From: Alphaproteobacteria bacterium
GTDB lineage: Bacteria > Pseudomonadota > Alphaproteobacteria > Dongiales > Dongiaceae
Length of the DNA: 64,000 bases
Direction of reading: 5' to 3'
NCBI GenBank assembly: GCA_036724615.1
Contig: DAIMFL010000003.1
Coordinates: 3,149-67,148, forward strand
Each line of letters opens with the position of its first letter. Position 1 is the first letter of the stretch. The notes beneath the pieces were generated by a model, which was given only the letters and a program-made list of their open reading frames with translations, had not been told where the DNA came from and did not search any database. Positions 49,772-58,503 of this stretch are shown in pieces. A program made the position numbers and the translations under genes.

Positions 49772-49779
49772 TTAACCAT
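49772..49779 (+). promoter_or_regulatory. TTAACCAT (CtrA half-site 8-mer), 78 bp upstream of the T1SS ABC gene
   Basis: Exact 8-mer in an AT-richer stretch (GTTAACCATTGCCTAAAATTGCAGTAGATATAG) of the 221-bp gap after the adhesin stop. Confidence 0.3.
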
Positions 49780-49849
49780 TGCCTAAAATTGCAGTAGATA
49801 TAGTCGCCCGTCCGGCGGCCGAACGGGAATCTGGGGGAAAGACTTCTTG

Positions 49850-52030
49850 ATGGAAGCGGTATTGCAGAGGATCGACCGGGAGGCGCCCCCGGTCGAGTAC
49901 GAGCGGCCGGCTGACCCGGACGACCCGCTGCTTCTGAACCTGGTCATCATCTCCCGGCTGTTCGGCTCCCCCAAGTCGCCCGCCGCGCTCGCCGCCGGCC
50001 TGCCGATCGGCCAGGAGGGCATGACGCCCGACCTGTTCGTGAAGGCCGCCGATCGGATCGGCCTGTCGGCCAGCGTCCTGAAGCGCCGGCTCGACAAGCT
50101 GACGAAGCTGTCGCTTCCGGCGGTCCTCCTGCTCAAGGGGGGCGACGCCTGCGTGCTGCTCGACCTGCTGCCGGACGGCCGCGCCGAGATCGCCACGCCG
50201 GAGAATCTGGACGGCAGCCGGCAGGTCGCCCTCAGCGACCTGGCCGACCGCTTCACCGGGCTCGCGATCACCGTCCGGCCCAAGATCCGTCTCGACGTCC
50301 GCTCGTCGGATCTCGCCCCGGCCGCGCCGAAGTCCTGGTTCTGGGGCACGATCCGGCGCTTCTCGCCGATCTATGCCGAGGTCGTGCTCGCGGCGCTGCT
50401 GCTCAACATGTTCGCGGTCGTCAGCCCGATCTTCGTGATGCAGGTCTACGACCGCGTCGTGCCGAATCGGGCCTTCGAGACGCTCTGGATGCTGGCGATC
50501 GGGGCGATCGCGGTCTTCGGCTTCGACTTCCTGCTGCGGACCCTGCGCGGCTACTTCCTGGACCGCACCGGCAAGACCCTGGACCGGCGGATCTCGGGGC
50601 GGATCTTCGAGCACATCATGTCGATCCGCATGGCCTCGGGTCCGGCGTCCTCCGGCGCCTTCGCCAACAACATCCGCGAGTTCGAGACGCTGCGCGACTT
50701 CTTCACCTCGGCCTCGCTCGCGGCCGTGGTCGACCTGCCGTTCCTGTTCCTCTTCCTCGGCGTCATCGCGATGATCGGCGGGCCGGTGGCGATCGTCCCG
50801 GCCGTGCTCGTCCCGGTCGTGCTCGTCTTCAGCGCCCTGGTGCAGATCCCGATGCGCCGGGCGGTGGAGCGCAACTATCGCGAAAGCGCTCAGAAGCACG
50901 CCACCCTGATCGAGGCGCTGAACGGCCTCGATTCGATCAAGGCGGCCTCGGCCGAAGGCCATCTGCAGCGCGACTGGAACGGCTATGTCGCCGCATCCGC
51001 GCAATCCGCCACGACCTCGCGGCTGTGGTCGCAGATCTCCATCAACTTCACCTCGCTCGCCGCCAACCTGGCGACCGTGGGCGTCGTCATCTGGGGCGTG
51101 TACCGGACGGCCGAAGGCGACATGACCATGGGTGCGATGGTGGCCTGCTCGATGCTGACCGGGCGCGCCATGGCGCCGCTCGGGCAGATCTCGGCCCTAA
51201 TCGTGCGCTTCCACCAGTCCCTGACCTCGCTCAGGGGCCTCAACCGGCTGATGGAGCTCCCGTCGGAACGCCCGGCCGGCAAGGTCTTCCTGCGCCGCCC
51301 GCAGGTCGACGGCGCCATCGAGTTCCGCGACGTCTCCTTCGCTTACCCCGGCCAGCAGGGCAAGGCGCTGGACGGCATCTCCTTCCGGATCGCGCCCGGC
51401 GAGCGGGTCGGCATCGTCGGCCGCATCGGCTCGGGCAAGACCACCATCGAGCGCCTCGCGCTCGGCCTGTTCGAGCCGCAGAACGGCGCGGTGCTCGTCG
51501 ACGGCACCGACATCCGCCAGCTCGATCCCGCGGACCTGCGCCGGAACATCGGCTGCGTGCTGCAGGACGCGCATATCTTCTTCGGCTCGGTCAAGGACAA
51601 CATCATCCTCGGCGCGCCCTACGTGGACGAGGAATCCGTGCTGCGGGCCGCCCAGGTCGGCGGCGTCGATCAGTTCGTGAAGGCGCACCCGCACGGCTTC
51701 GACATGCAGGTGGGCGAGGGCGGACGATATCTGTCCGGCGGCCAGAGGCAGGCGATCGCGATCGCCCGGGCGATGCTGATGAACCCGCCCATCCTGCTGC
51801 TGGACGAGCCGACCAGCCACATGGACAACAGCACCGAGAACGCCTTCAAGTCGCGCCTCGCCGAGGCGCTTCCCGGCAAGACGCTGCTGCTGGTCACCCA
51901 CCGCAACTCCATGCTGTCCCTGGTCGACCGGCTGATCGTCATCGACGGCGGCAAGATCGTCGCCGACGGGCCGAAGTCGGTGGTGCTCGATGCGCTCACC
52001 AAGGGGCGCATCCGGGCGACCGAACGTTGA
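49850..52030 (+). CDS. type I secretion system permease/ATPase (HlyB/LapB-like, with N-terminal C39-like domain)
   Basis: 726 aa from the ATG at 49850 (TTG at 49847 also possible). ~140-aa N-terminal C39-like region, 6-TM domain, Walker A GRIGSGKTT, signature LSGGQRQAIAIARA, Walker B ILLLDEPTS. Confidence 0.93.
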   Translation: MEAVLQRIDREAPPVEYERPADPDDPLLLNLVIISRLFGSPKSPAALAAGLPIGQEGMTPDLFVKAADRIGLSASVLKRRLDKLTKLSLPAVLLLKGGDACVLLDLLPDGRAEIATPENLDGSRQVALSDLADRFTGLAITVRPKIRLDVRSSDLAPAAPKSWFWGTIRRFSPIYAEVVLAALLLNMFAVVSPIFVMQVYDRVVPNRAFETLWMLAIGAIAVFGFDFLLRTLRGYFLDRTGKTLDRRISGRIFEHIMSIRMASGPASSGAFANNIREFETLRDFFTSASLAAVVDLPFLFLFLGVIAMIGGPVAIVPAVLVPVVLVFSALVQIPMRRAVERNYRESAQKHATLIEALNGLDSIKAASAEGHLQRDWNGYVAASAQSATTSRLWSQISINFTSLAANLATVGVVIWGVYRTAEGDMTMGAMVACSMLTGRAMAPLGQISALIVRFHQSLTSLRGLNRLMELPSERPAGKVFLRRPQVDGAIEFRDVSFAYPGQQGKALDGISFRIAPGERVGIVGRIGSGKTTIERLALGLFEPQNGAVLVDGTDIRQLDPADLRRNIGCVLQDAHIFFGSVKDNIILGAPYVDEESVLRAAQVGGVDQFVKAHPHGFDMQVGEGGRYLSGGQRQAIAIARAMLMNPPILLLDEPTSHMDNSTENAFKSRLAEALPGKTLLLVTHRNSMLSLVDRLIVIDGGKIVADGPKSVVLDALTKGRIRATER

Positions 52031-52045
52031 TGGTCCGGAGTCCCC

Positions 52046-53371
52046 ATGAGCGCCCTTGACCGCGATCTCTGGGTCGATCCGTCCGAGACGGAGCGGGACG
52101 GCTCGCGCCTGTTCGGGCATCTGCTCCTGGCCGCCATCACCCTCTTCGTCGCCGCCTTTATCGGCTGGGCAAGCTACGCCCGGCTCGACGAGGTGACCCG
52201 CGGCGAAGGGCATGTGATCCCGTCCAGCAAGACCCAGGTGATCCAAAACCTCGAAGGCGGCATCCTGGCCGAGGTGCTGGTGAACGAAGGCGCCGTCGTC
52301 GAGAAGGGCCAGGTGCTGTTGCGGATCGAGAACACCGCCGCGGAGGCCACGCTGGGCGAGCTGCGCCAGCGCTACCTGAGCGGCCTCGCCGCCGTCGCGC
52401 GGCTGGAAGCGGAGATGGCGGAGGAAGCGGGGACGGGGCCGGTCTTCTCGGAAGAGCTGCTGGCGGGGGCGCCCGAGATCGCCCAGGCGGAGCTCACCCT
52501 GTACCAGGTCCGGCAGGAGCAGCTGCGCTCGCAGGTCCAGATCCTGCAGGACCAGGTGGTCCAGCGGAAGCAGGAGCTCCAGGAGCTCGACAGCAAGCTC
52601 TCCGGCCTGCGCTCGGCCCACGGACTCGCCCGGCAGGAGCTCGAGATCACCCGGCCGCTGGCCGAGCAGGGCGTCGTCGCCAAGGTCGACCTGCTGCGCC
52701 TGGAACGCGAGGTGCTGGACCTGAAGTCGCAGATCGATGCGAATGCGCTCGCCAAGCCGCGGGCGGAATCGGCGCTGCACGAGGCGCAGCGGCGGGTCGA
52801 CGAGCGGCTCGTGACGTTCCGCAGCGAGGCGGCCGCCGAGCTCTCGAAGCGGCAGGCCGAGCTCGCCTCGATCACCGAGGCGCTGGCCGCGGACCGGGAC
52901 CGGGTCAAGCGCACGGAGGTCCGCTCTCCGGTCCACGGCACCGTGAAGGTCATCAAGGTCCGCACCATCGGCGGCGTCATCCAGCCCGGTCAGGACCTGA
53001 TGGAGATCGTGCCGATCGAGGACACGCTGCTGGTCGAGGCCCAGGTCCGCCCGTCCGACATCGCCTTCATGTATCCGGGCCAGAAGGCGGTCATCAAGAT
53101 CAGCGCCTACGATTACAGCATCTACGGCGGTCTCGATGCCGTGGTGGAGCAGATCAGCGCGGACGCCATCGAGGACAAGGAAAAAGGCGAGAGCTTCTTC
53201 CGGATCTATCTGCGGACCGACCGCAACCATCTGGGCACGGCGGACGAACCTCTGCCCATCATTCCCGGCATGACTGCGTCCGTCGACATCCTGACCGGCG
53301 AGAAGACCGTGCTCGAATATCTGATGAAGCCGATCCTGAAGGCGCGCGACACCGCGCTGCGAGAGCGTTAG
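52046..53371 (+). CDS. HlyD family type I secretion periplasmic adaptor
   Basis: 441 aa. N-terminal TM, long coiled-coil, and the conserved C-terminus PGMTASVDILTGEKTVLEYLMKPI. Confidence 0.93.
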   Translation: MSALDRDLWVDPSETERDGSRLFGHLLLAAITLFVAAFIGWASYARLDEVTRGEGHVIPSSKTQVIQNLEGGILAEVLVNEGAVVEKGQVLLRIENTAAEATLGELRQRYLSGLAAVARLEAEMAEEAGTGPVFSEELLAGAPEIAQAELTLYQVRQEQLRSQVQILQDQVVQRKQELQELDSKLSGLRSAHGLARQELEITRPLAEQGVVAKVDLLRLEREVLDLKSQIDANALAKPRAESALHEAQRRVDERLVTFRSEAAAELSKRQAELASITEALAADRDRVKRTEVRSPVHGTVKVIKVRTIGGVIQPGQDLMEIVPIEDTLLVEAQVRPSDIAFMYPGQKAVIKISAYDYSIYGGLDAVVEQISADAIEDKEKGESFFRIYLRTDRNHLGTADEPLPIIPGMTASVDILTGEKTVLEYLMKPILKARDTALRER

Positions 53372-53499
53372 GCGCAAATTCCTGATGCACTACTGTGGAT
53401 TAGATGATAGAAGGGCGAAATTAACGATATGCGCGCAGGGGATAGACTGCTCCGTCGTCGGCGTGTTGCGGACGGCGATCGCTCTCGCTAAGGGTTGGT

Positions 53500-53526
53500 T
53501 AACTGGTCCTCTGTAACAACCAGTTA
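53500..53526. promoter_or_regulatory. inverted repeat TAACTGGT-N11-ACCAGTTA 28 bp upstream of the T1SS TolC-family gene
   Basis: 8-bp perfect arms read directly, in an AT-richer 183-bp gap. Could be an operator or a leader hairpin. Confidence 0.3.
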
Positions 53527-53553
53527 CTCCGTGTGTGAATGTTAGGGGGCAAT

Positions 53554-54888
53554 ATGTCATCGAGGTTTGTTGCGGTTCTCGCGACCGTCGGGACGCTGAC
53601 GACCTTCGGCGCGTCGTCCGTGTACGCCATGACGCTGCAGGAAGCCGTGAGTCTGGCCATCAGCACCAATCCGGAAGTGGGCGCCGTGGCCAATGATCGC
53701 CTGGCGGTCGACGAGGAGCTGCGGCAGGGCGAGGCGCTCTTCTATCCGCAGGTCGACCTGCGGGCCGAGACCGGTCCGGAGTTTTCGGAGAACGACACCA
53801 CCGACTCGCAGGGTCATGACGACGGCAAGTGGCGGCACCGGTCGCAGGCCAGCCTGACCCTCAGCCAGCTGCTGTTCGACGGGTTCTTCGCGCAGAGCGA
53901 GGTCGAGCGCCAGCAGGCCCGCGTCAAGTCGGCCGCATACCGGGTCGGCGAGACGGCGGAGTTCGTCGGGCTCGACGCCGTCGAGGCCTATCTCGAGGTG
54001 CTGCGTCACCGCGAGCGGGTGCAGATCGCCGAGGACAACGTGGCGACCCATCGCGGCACGCTGGGCAAGGTCCAGCAGCGCGCCGATGCCGGCGGCGGCA
54101 ACATCGCCGACGTGCGTCAGGCCGAAGCGCGGCTCTCCGCTGCGGAGTCGGCCCTCGTCGAAACGCGCGGCGATCTGCGGGACGCCGAGGCGCTGTTCGA
54201 GCGGGTGATCGGCCAGAAGCCGGACACGCTCGAGGCGCCGACCCTGCCGGCCGCCGCCCTGCCGGACGACGTCGACGAGGCCGTCGCGACCTCCATCGAG
54301 AACAGCCCGACGGTTCAGTTCGCCCGCGCCGACGTCGAGTCGGCGCAGGCCGACGTGAAGCAGCAGGAGGCGAGCCTCTATCCGGATCTGCGTCTCGAGG
54401 TGGGCGGCTCCGTCGCCGACAATCTCGACGGCAAGACCGAGACGGAGCACGACGCGTCCGCTCTCCTCGTGCTGCGCTGGAATCTCTATCGCGGCGGCGC
54501 CGATACGGCGCGGATCCGCGAGTTCAAGCACCGCCTCGCCGAAGCCACGGACCTGCTCCGGGTCAACGAGCGCAACGTGGCCGAGGACGCCCGGGTGTCG
54601 TGGAACGCCATCGACGTCTCCCGCCAGAACGTGCAGATCCTGTCGCAGAACGTCGAGGCCAATCTCAGGACCCGCGACGTCTACGGCCAGCAGTTCGACA
54701 TCGGACAGCGCGGCCTGCTCGATCTGCTCGACGCCAACAACGAGCTGTTCCTGTCCCGCGACAACCTGATCACGGCGCGCTATGCCGAGATCTTCGCGAC
54801 CTACCGCCTGCTGGCGACCATGGGGGCTCTGGTCGAGACGGTCGGCGCGCCCGCGCCGGATGCGGCGATCGTCGCCGCCGAGAACTGA
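53554..54888 (+). CDS. TolC family outer-membrane protein (T1SS-dedicated)
   Basis: ORF 53539..54888, trimmed to MSSRFVAVLATVG (AGGGGG SD). Signal peptide, then TLQEAVSLAISTNPEV and duplicated TolC repeat architecture. Confidence 0.88.
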   Translation: MSSRFVAVLATVGTLTTFGASSVYAMTLQEAVSLAISTNPEVGAVANDRLAVDEELRQGEALFYPQVDLRAETGPEFSENDTTDSQGHDDGKWRHRSQASLTLSQLLFDGFFAQSEVERQQARVKSAAYRVGETAEFVGLDAVEAYLEVLRHRERVQIAEDNVATHRGTLGKVQQRADAGGGNIADVRQAEARLSAAESALVETRGDLRDAEALFERVIGQKPDTLEAPTLPAAALPDDVDEAVATSIENSPTVQFARADVESAQADVKQQEASLYPDLRLEVGGSVADNLDGKTETEHDASALLVLRWNLYRGGADTARIREFKHRLAEATDLLRVNERNVAEDARVSWNAIDVSRQNVQILSQNVEANLRTRDVYGQQFDIGQRGLLDLLDANNELFLSRDNLITARYAEIFATYRLLATMGALVETVGAPAPDAAIVAAEN

Positions 54889-54930
54889 CATCGGGTCGGC
54901 GGGCCCCCCGGGTCCGCCGACGGCCATCAG

Positions 54931-54964
54931 GAAAGGCCCTGCGGACCGCTCCGCGGGGCCTTTC
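54931..54964. terminator. GC-rich hairpin GAAAGGCCCTGCGG-accgct-CCGCGGGGCCTTTC between the T1SS OMP gene and tRNA-Cys
   Basis: 14-bp stem with one mismatch. No clear U-tract. Could serve either convergent transcript. Confidence 0.35.
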
Positions 54965-55069
54965 CGATTCGATCTCGCCGAAGGTCCCGCAAGTCCCTCC
55001 GCTGCGCGCGAGAACCGCGTCGCCGCGGCACCCAGGCCGGCATGCGCCGCCCGATCATGTCGGGAAAGA

Positions 55070-55143
55070 TGGAGGCCCGGACCGGAATCGAACCGATGTA
55101 CGGGGATTTGCAGTCCCCTGCATGACCACTCTGCCACCGGGCC
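55070..55143 (-). tRNA. tRNA-Cys (anticodon GCA)
   Basis: Reverse complement is GGCCCGGTGGCAGAGTGGTCATGCAGGGGACTGCAAATCCCCGTACATCGGTTCGATTCCGGTCCGGGCCTCCA. 7-bp acceptor stem, anticodon loop CTGCAAA, T-loop TTCGATT, encoded CCA, 74 nt. Confidence 0.9.
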
Positions 55144-55358
55144 GGCGGCACGTCCGCGGATCGACGGAGCCGATCGGCCTGCGGGACGCGTCGATATAAG
55201 CCGGGCCGCAGAGGGGGTCAAGCCTGCCCCCCAGCCGGCTCCCGAGGCCGGGATGGCGCGGGACGCCTGCATTGTCTTGCTGCCTTGCGGCAAGTATAAA
55301 GCTGGCGGGCGGCCCGCCGCCCACCAGCTCGGTCAGCCAACGAATCGCCGGATCCTTC

Positions 55359-56006
55359 ATGAATTTCGCCGCAGCGCGTCGCAACATGGTCGAAAGCCAG
55401 CTCCGCACCAATCGGGTGACGGACGAGAGACTGCTGGCGGCCTTCGAAGCCGTCCCGCGTGAGCTCTTCCTGCCGGAGCCGATGCGCAGCATCGCCTATG
55501 TGGACGACGACCTGGAGGTCGCTCCCGGCCGCTGGATGATGGAGCCGATGGTGCTCGCCCGCCTGCTCCAGGCCGCCGAGATCCGGCCGACGGATGTGGC
55601 GCTGTCGATCGGCTGCGGGACCGGCTATTGCTGCGCCATCCTGGCGCGGGTCGCCAATACCGTGGTCGCGGTCGAGAGCGACGGCGGGCTGGCCCGCCGG
55701 GCGGGGCGGATCCTCTCCGAGCTGTCGATCGACAATGTCGTCTTCGTCGAAGGGCGGCTCGCCGAGGGCAATCCGAGCCAGGCGCCCTACGACGTCATCC
55801 TGATCGACGGCGCCGTCGAGACGGTGCCCGAAGAGATACAGCGCCAGCTCGCCGAAGGGGGACGGCTGGTCACCGTCGTGCGCGGAACCGTGGGACGCGC
55901 CACGCTGATGACCCGCCGGGGCAACACCGTCTCGAGCCGCGTGCTGTTCGACGCCGCCGTTCCCGTTCTGCCCGACTTCGCGCTCGAGCCCGGCTTCGTC
56001 TTTTAG
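55359..56006 (+). CDS. protein-L-isoaspartate O-methyltransferase family protein (Pcm paralogue upstream of tolC)
   Basis: ORF 55272..56006, trimmed to MNFAAARRNMVESQLRTN. SAM motif ALSIGCGTGYCCAILA. Confidence 0.8.
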   Translation: MNFAAARRNMVESQLRTNRVTDERLLAAFEAVPRELFLPEPMRSIAYVDDDLEVAPGRWMMEPMVLARLLQAAEIRPTDVALSIGCGTGYCCAILARVANTVVAVESDGGLARRAGRILSELSIDNVVFVEGRLAEGNPSQAPYDVILIDGAVETVPEEIQRQLAEGGRLVTVVRGTVGRATLMTRRGNTVSSRVLFDAAVPVLPDFALEPGFVF

Positions 56007-56016
56007 GGGACTCAGC

Positions 56017-57429
56017 ATGACCGCCGCGCACCAGGCTCCGACGTTCCGCCGTCGCCGCTCACGCGTGCTGGGCGAGCTCCGCAAAGCCCTGCTGGGCGGG
56101 GTCGCCCTGCTGGCCGGGCTCGGCTGCGGCATCGAGCCCGTTTCGGCCGAGACGCTGAAGGAAGCCCTGGCGCTCGCCTATGACAACAATCCGCGGCTGC
56201 TCTCGTCGCGCGCCGAGCTTCGCGCCACCGACGAGTTCGTTCCCCAGGCGCTGTCGGGCTGGCGCCCCACCGTCACGGTCGACGGCCAGGTCGGCCGGGA
56301 GTGGGAGGACAGCTCCGTCGCAGGCTCGGACGATCTGACTCCGCGCGCCGCCAATCTCGGCGTCACGCAGCCGCTCTACCGCGGCGGCCGCACGGTGGCG
56401 GGAACGCGCCAGGCCGAGAACCAGGTCCTCGCCCAGCGCGAAGTGCTGGAGAGCGTCGAACAGGACGTGCTGTTCGAGGCGGTCGTCGCCTTCATGGACG
56501 TCCTGCGCGACGAAGCCGTGCTGCGGCTCAACATCAACAACGAGCAGGTCCTGCAGCGGCAGCTCGAGGCGGCGCGGGACCGCTTCGAGGTCGGCGAGAT
56601 CACACGGACGGACGTGGCACAGGCCGAATCCCGCCTCTCCGGGGCCAATTCCGGCCGTATCGCCGCGGAGGGACAGCTCACGACCTCGCGCGCCATCTAT
56701 CGCCAGGTCATCGGGCAGATGCCGGGAAGCCTGGTTCGCCCGGGACCGGCCGAGGACCTGCCGGCGACCGAAGACGAAGCCATCGCGAGCTCCGACAGCA
56801 ATCCCAACGTGCAGGCGGCGGTCTATATCGAGCGCGCCGCGCGCGAGGGCGTCGACGTGGTGTTCGGCGAGCTGCTGCCGGAGGTGAGCCTGCGCGGCGA
56901 TCTCACCACCGGCGAGGACATCAGCCAGAGCGGCGTGCAGAGCGATTCCGCGGCGATCCTCGCCCAGGTGGTGATTCCCCTCTACGAGGCCGGCGCGACC
57001 CATTCCCGGGTGCGCGAGGCCAAGGAGCGGGTCAGCCAGCGCCGTCAGGACATCGAGACCCAGCGCCGCTTCGCCGCCCAGGACGCGACGACGGCCTGGC
57101 GGGCGCTGGAGACGGCACGGTCGCAGATCGCGGCGTTCGAATCCCAGGTCCGGGCGGCGGAGATCGCGCTGGAAGGCGTGCAGCAGGAAGCGGCCGTCGG
57201 CTCGCGCACGGTTCTCGACATCCTGGATGCCGAGCAGGAGCTGCTCGATGCGCGGGTGAGCCTCGTGCGCGCCTTGCGGGACGAGGTGGTCGCCAGCTAC
57301 CAGCTGCTCGCCGCCGTCGGCCGTCTGACCGCGGCCGATCTCGACCTCCCCGTCGAGATCTACGACGTCGAGGAGCACTACGAGGAAGTGCGCGACAAGT
57401 GGTGGGGCGTCGGCCCGTCCATCGACTGA
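56017..57429 (+). CDS. tolC: TolC family outer-membrane channel (housekeeping type)
   Basis: 470 aa. Signal peptide, TLKEALALAYDNNPRL, and two TolC repeats. Confidence 0.9.
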   Translation: MTAAHQAPTFRRRRSRVLGELRKALLGGVALLAGLGCGIEPVSAETLKEALALAYDNNPRLLSSRAELRATDEFVPQALSGWRPTVTVDGQVGREWEDSSVAGSDDLTPRAANLGVTQPLYRGGRTVAGTRQAENQVLAQREVLESVEQDVLFEAVVAFMDVLRDEAVLRLNINNEQVLQRQLEAARDRFEVGEITRTDVAQAESRLSGANSGRIAAEGQLTTSRAIYRQVIGQMPGSLVRPGPAEDLPATEDEAIASSDSNPNVQAAVYIERAAREGVDVVFGELLPEVSLRGDLTTGEDISQSGVQSDSAAILAQVVIPLYEAGATHSRVREAKERVSQRRQDIETQRRFAAQDATTAWRALETARSQIAAFESQVRAAEIALEGVQQEAAVGSRTVLDILDAEQELLDARVSLVRALRDEVVASYQLLAAVGRLTAADLDLPVEIYDVEEHYEEVRDKWWGVGPSID

Positions 57430-57623
57430 CGCCCTGCTGATGCGGCGCGCCGCGGAGGCCGCGCGGCCGGCTGTCCCGGACCGCCGTGATCGCCCGCGTC
57501 ATGCCTCCTCGCAGGGTCGGCCGAACCTGCCGGACGGGTGTACAGCTTCGATCTAACTGTTTATGGTAACGCCGGATTTTCGCAGCGAAGGGCTGTGGAA
57601 AAGGCGGGGCGATAGTCGGACCG

Positions 57624-58409
57624 ATGAGCGAAGCGCGCGGACAGCAAGAGCCGTCCATGGAGGAGATCCTGGCCTCCATCCGGCGGATCATCTCCGAGGA
57701 CGGCGCGCCTCAGCAGGATCCCGAGATGAGGACCGAGCCGGCGCCCGCCGCCGCGGCGCCCGAGGACCGGACTCCCGCCCCTGCAGCCGCGGCTGCGGCC
57801 GAGGAGGCGGACGACGCGCTTCTCCTCACCGAGATGGTGAACGAGGACGGCAGCGTCGTCAGCCTCGCCGGGAAGCCGGACGTCGAGCTCGAGCCCGCGC
57901 CGATCGCGCCCGCCCCCGAGCCGCCCTTGCCGGAACCGCCAGCGGCGCCGCCCAAGCCGTCCCGCGCGGCCGCTCCCGCGGCGCCCGAACCGGCGGCGCC
58001 GTCCTTCCCGGAGGAGACGGCGCAGGAGCCGGAGCTCGGCGTCCTCGAGGAGGAGCCCGCGCCGGAGCCGCAGTCCCAGCCAGAACCGGAGCCGACCATG
58101 CCCGAGCCGGACCTGCCGGAAGAGCCGCGTGCAGAGGCGCCCCGCGCCGAGGAATCCGCCGCATCCGTCGAGCGGCTGGTCTCCGAGGCGACATTCGCCG
58201 CCTCCACGGCGGCGCTGTCGCAGCTGTCGCGGACCATGCGGAAGGACAGGGACATTCAGGTCGGCGGCGGACGCATGGTGGAAGACCTCGTGCGCGAGGC
58301 GCTGGAGCCGATGCTCAAGGCCTGGCTCGACGCGAATCTGCAGGAGATCGTCGAGCGGCTGGTCCGCCAGGAGATCGAGCGCATGGTACGCCGCGCCGAA
58401 GAGGACTAG
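57624..58409 (+). CDS. popZ: DUF2497 / PopZ-like polar organising protein
   Basis: 261 aa. The N-terminus QEPSMEEILASIRRIISEDG matches the Caulobacter PopZ N-terminal helix as I recall it. It is followed by a long Pro/Glu/Ala-rich linker. The C-terminal helical region is VEDLVREALEPMLKAWLDANLQEIVERLVRQEIERM. Located directly upstream of valS. Confidence 0.78.
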   Translation: MSEARGQQEPSMEEILASIRRIISEDGAPQQDPEMRTEPAPAAAAPEDRTPAPAAAAAAEEADDALLLTEMVNEDGSVVSLAGKPDVELEPAPIAPAPEPPLPEPPAAPPKPSRAAAPAAPEPAAPSFPEETAQEPELGVLEEEPAPEPQSQPEPEPTMPEPDLPEEPRAEAPRAEESAASVERLVSEATFAASTAALSQLSRTMRKDRDIQVGGGRMVEDLVREALEPMLKAWLDANLQEIVERLVRQEIERMVRRAEED

Positions 58410-58503
58410 CCCGCTTTCCCGGCGGCCACGCGGGGCCGGCATCTTCCTCGGCCCGCCGGTCCGCCGGGCCGTTTAGAACGTATCATCGAAGGAAGGTTCA
58501 GCG

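Noticed and set aside
39155-55143. Adhesin/T1SS block as a tRNA-Cys-linked genomic island
   Set aside because: It ends next to tRNA-Cys. However, I see no integrase, no direct repeat of the tRNA 3' end and no overall GC shift (only the internal module at 47.75-48.2 kb). The evidence is insufficient to call a mobile island.
57555-57575. CTAACTGTTTATGGTAAC upstream of popZ as a full CtrA box
   Set aside because: It does not fit TTAA-N7-TTAAC: the half-sites are TAAC with the wrong spacing. ATGGTAAC is also not the reverse complement of TTAACCAT.
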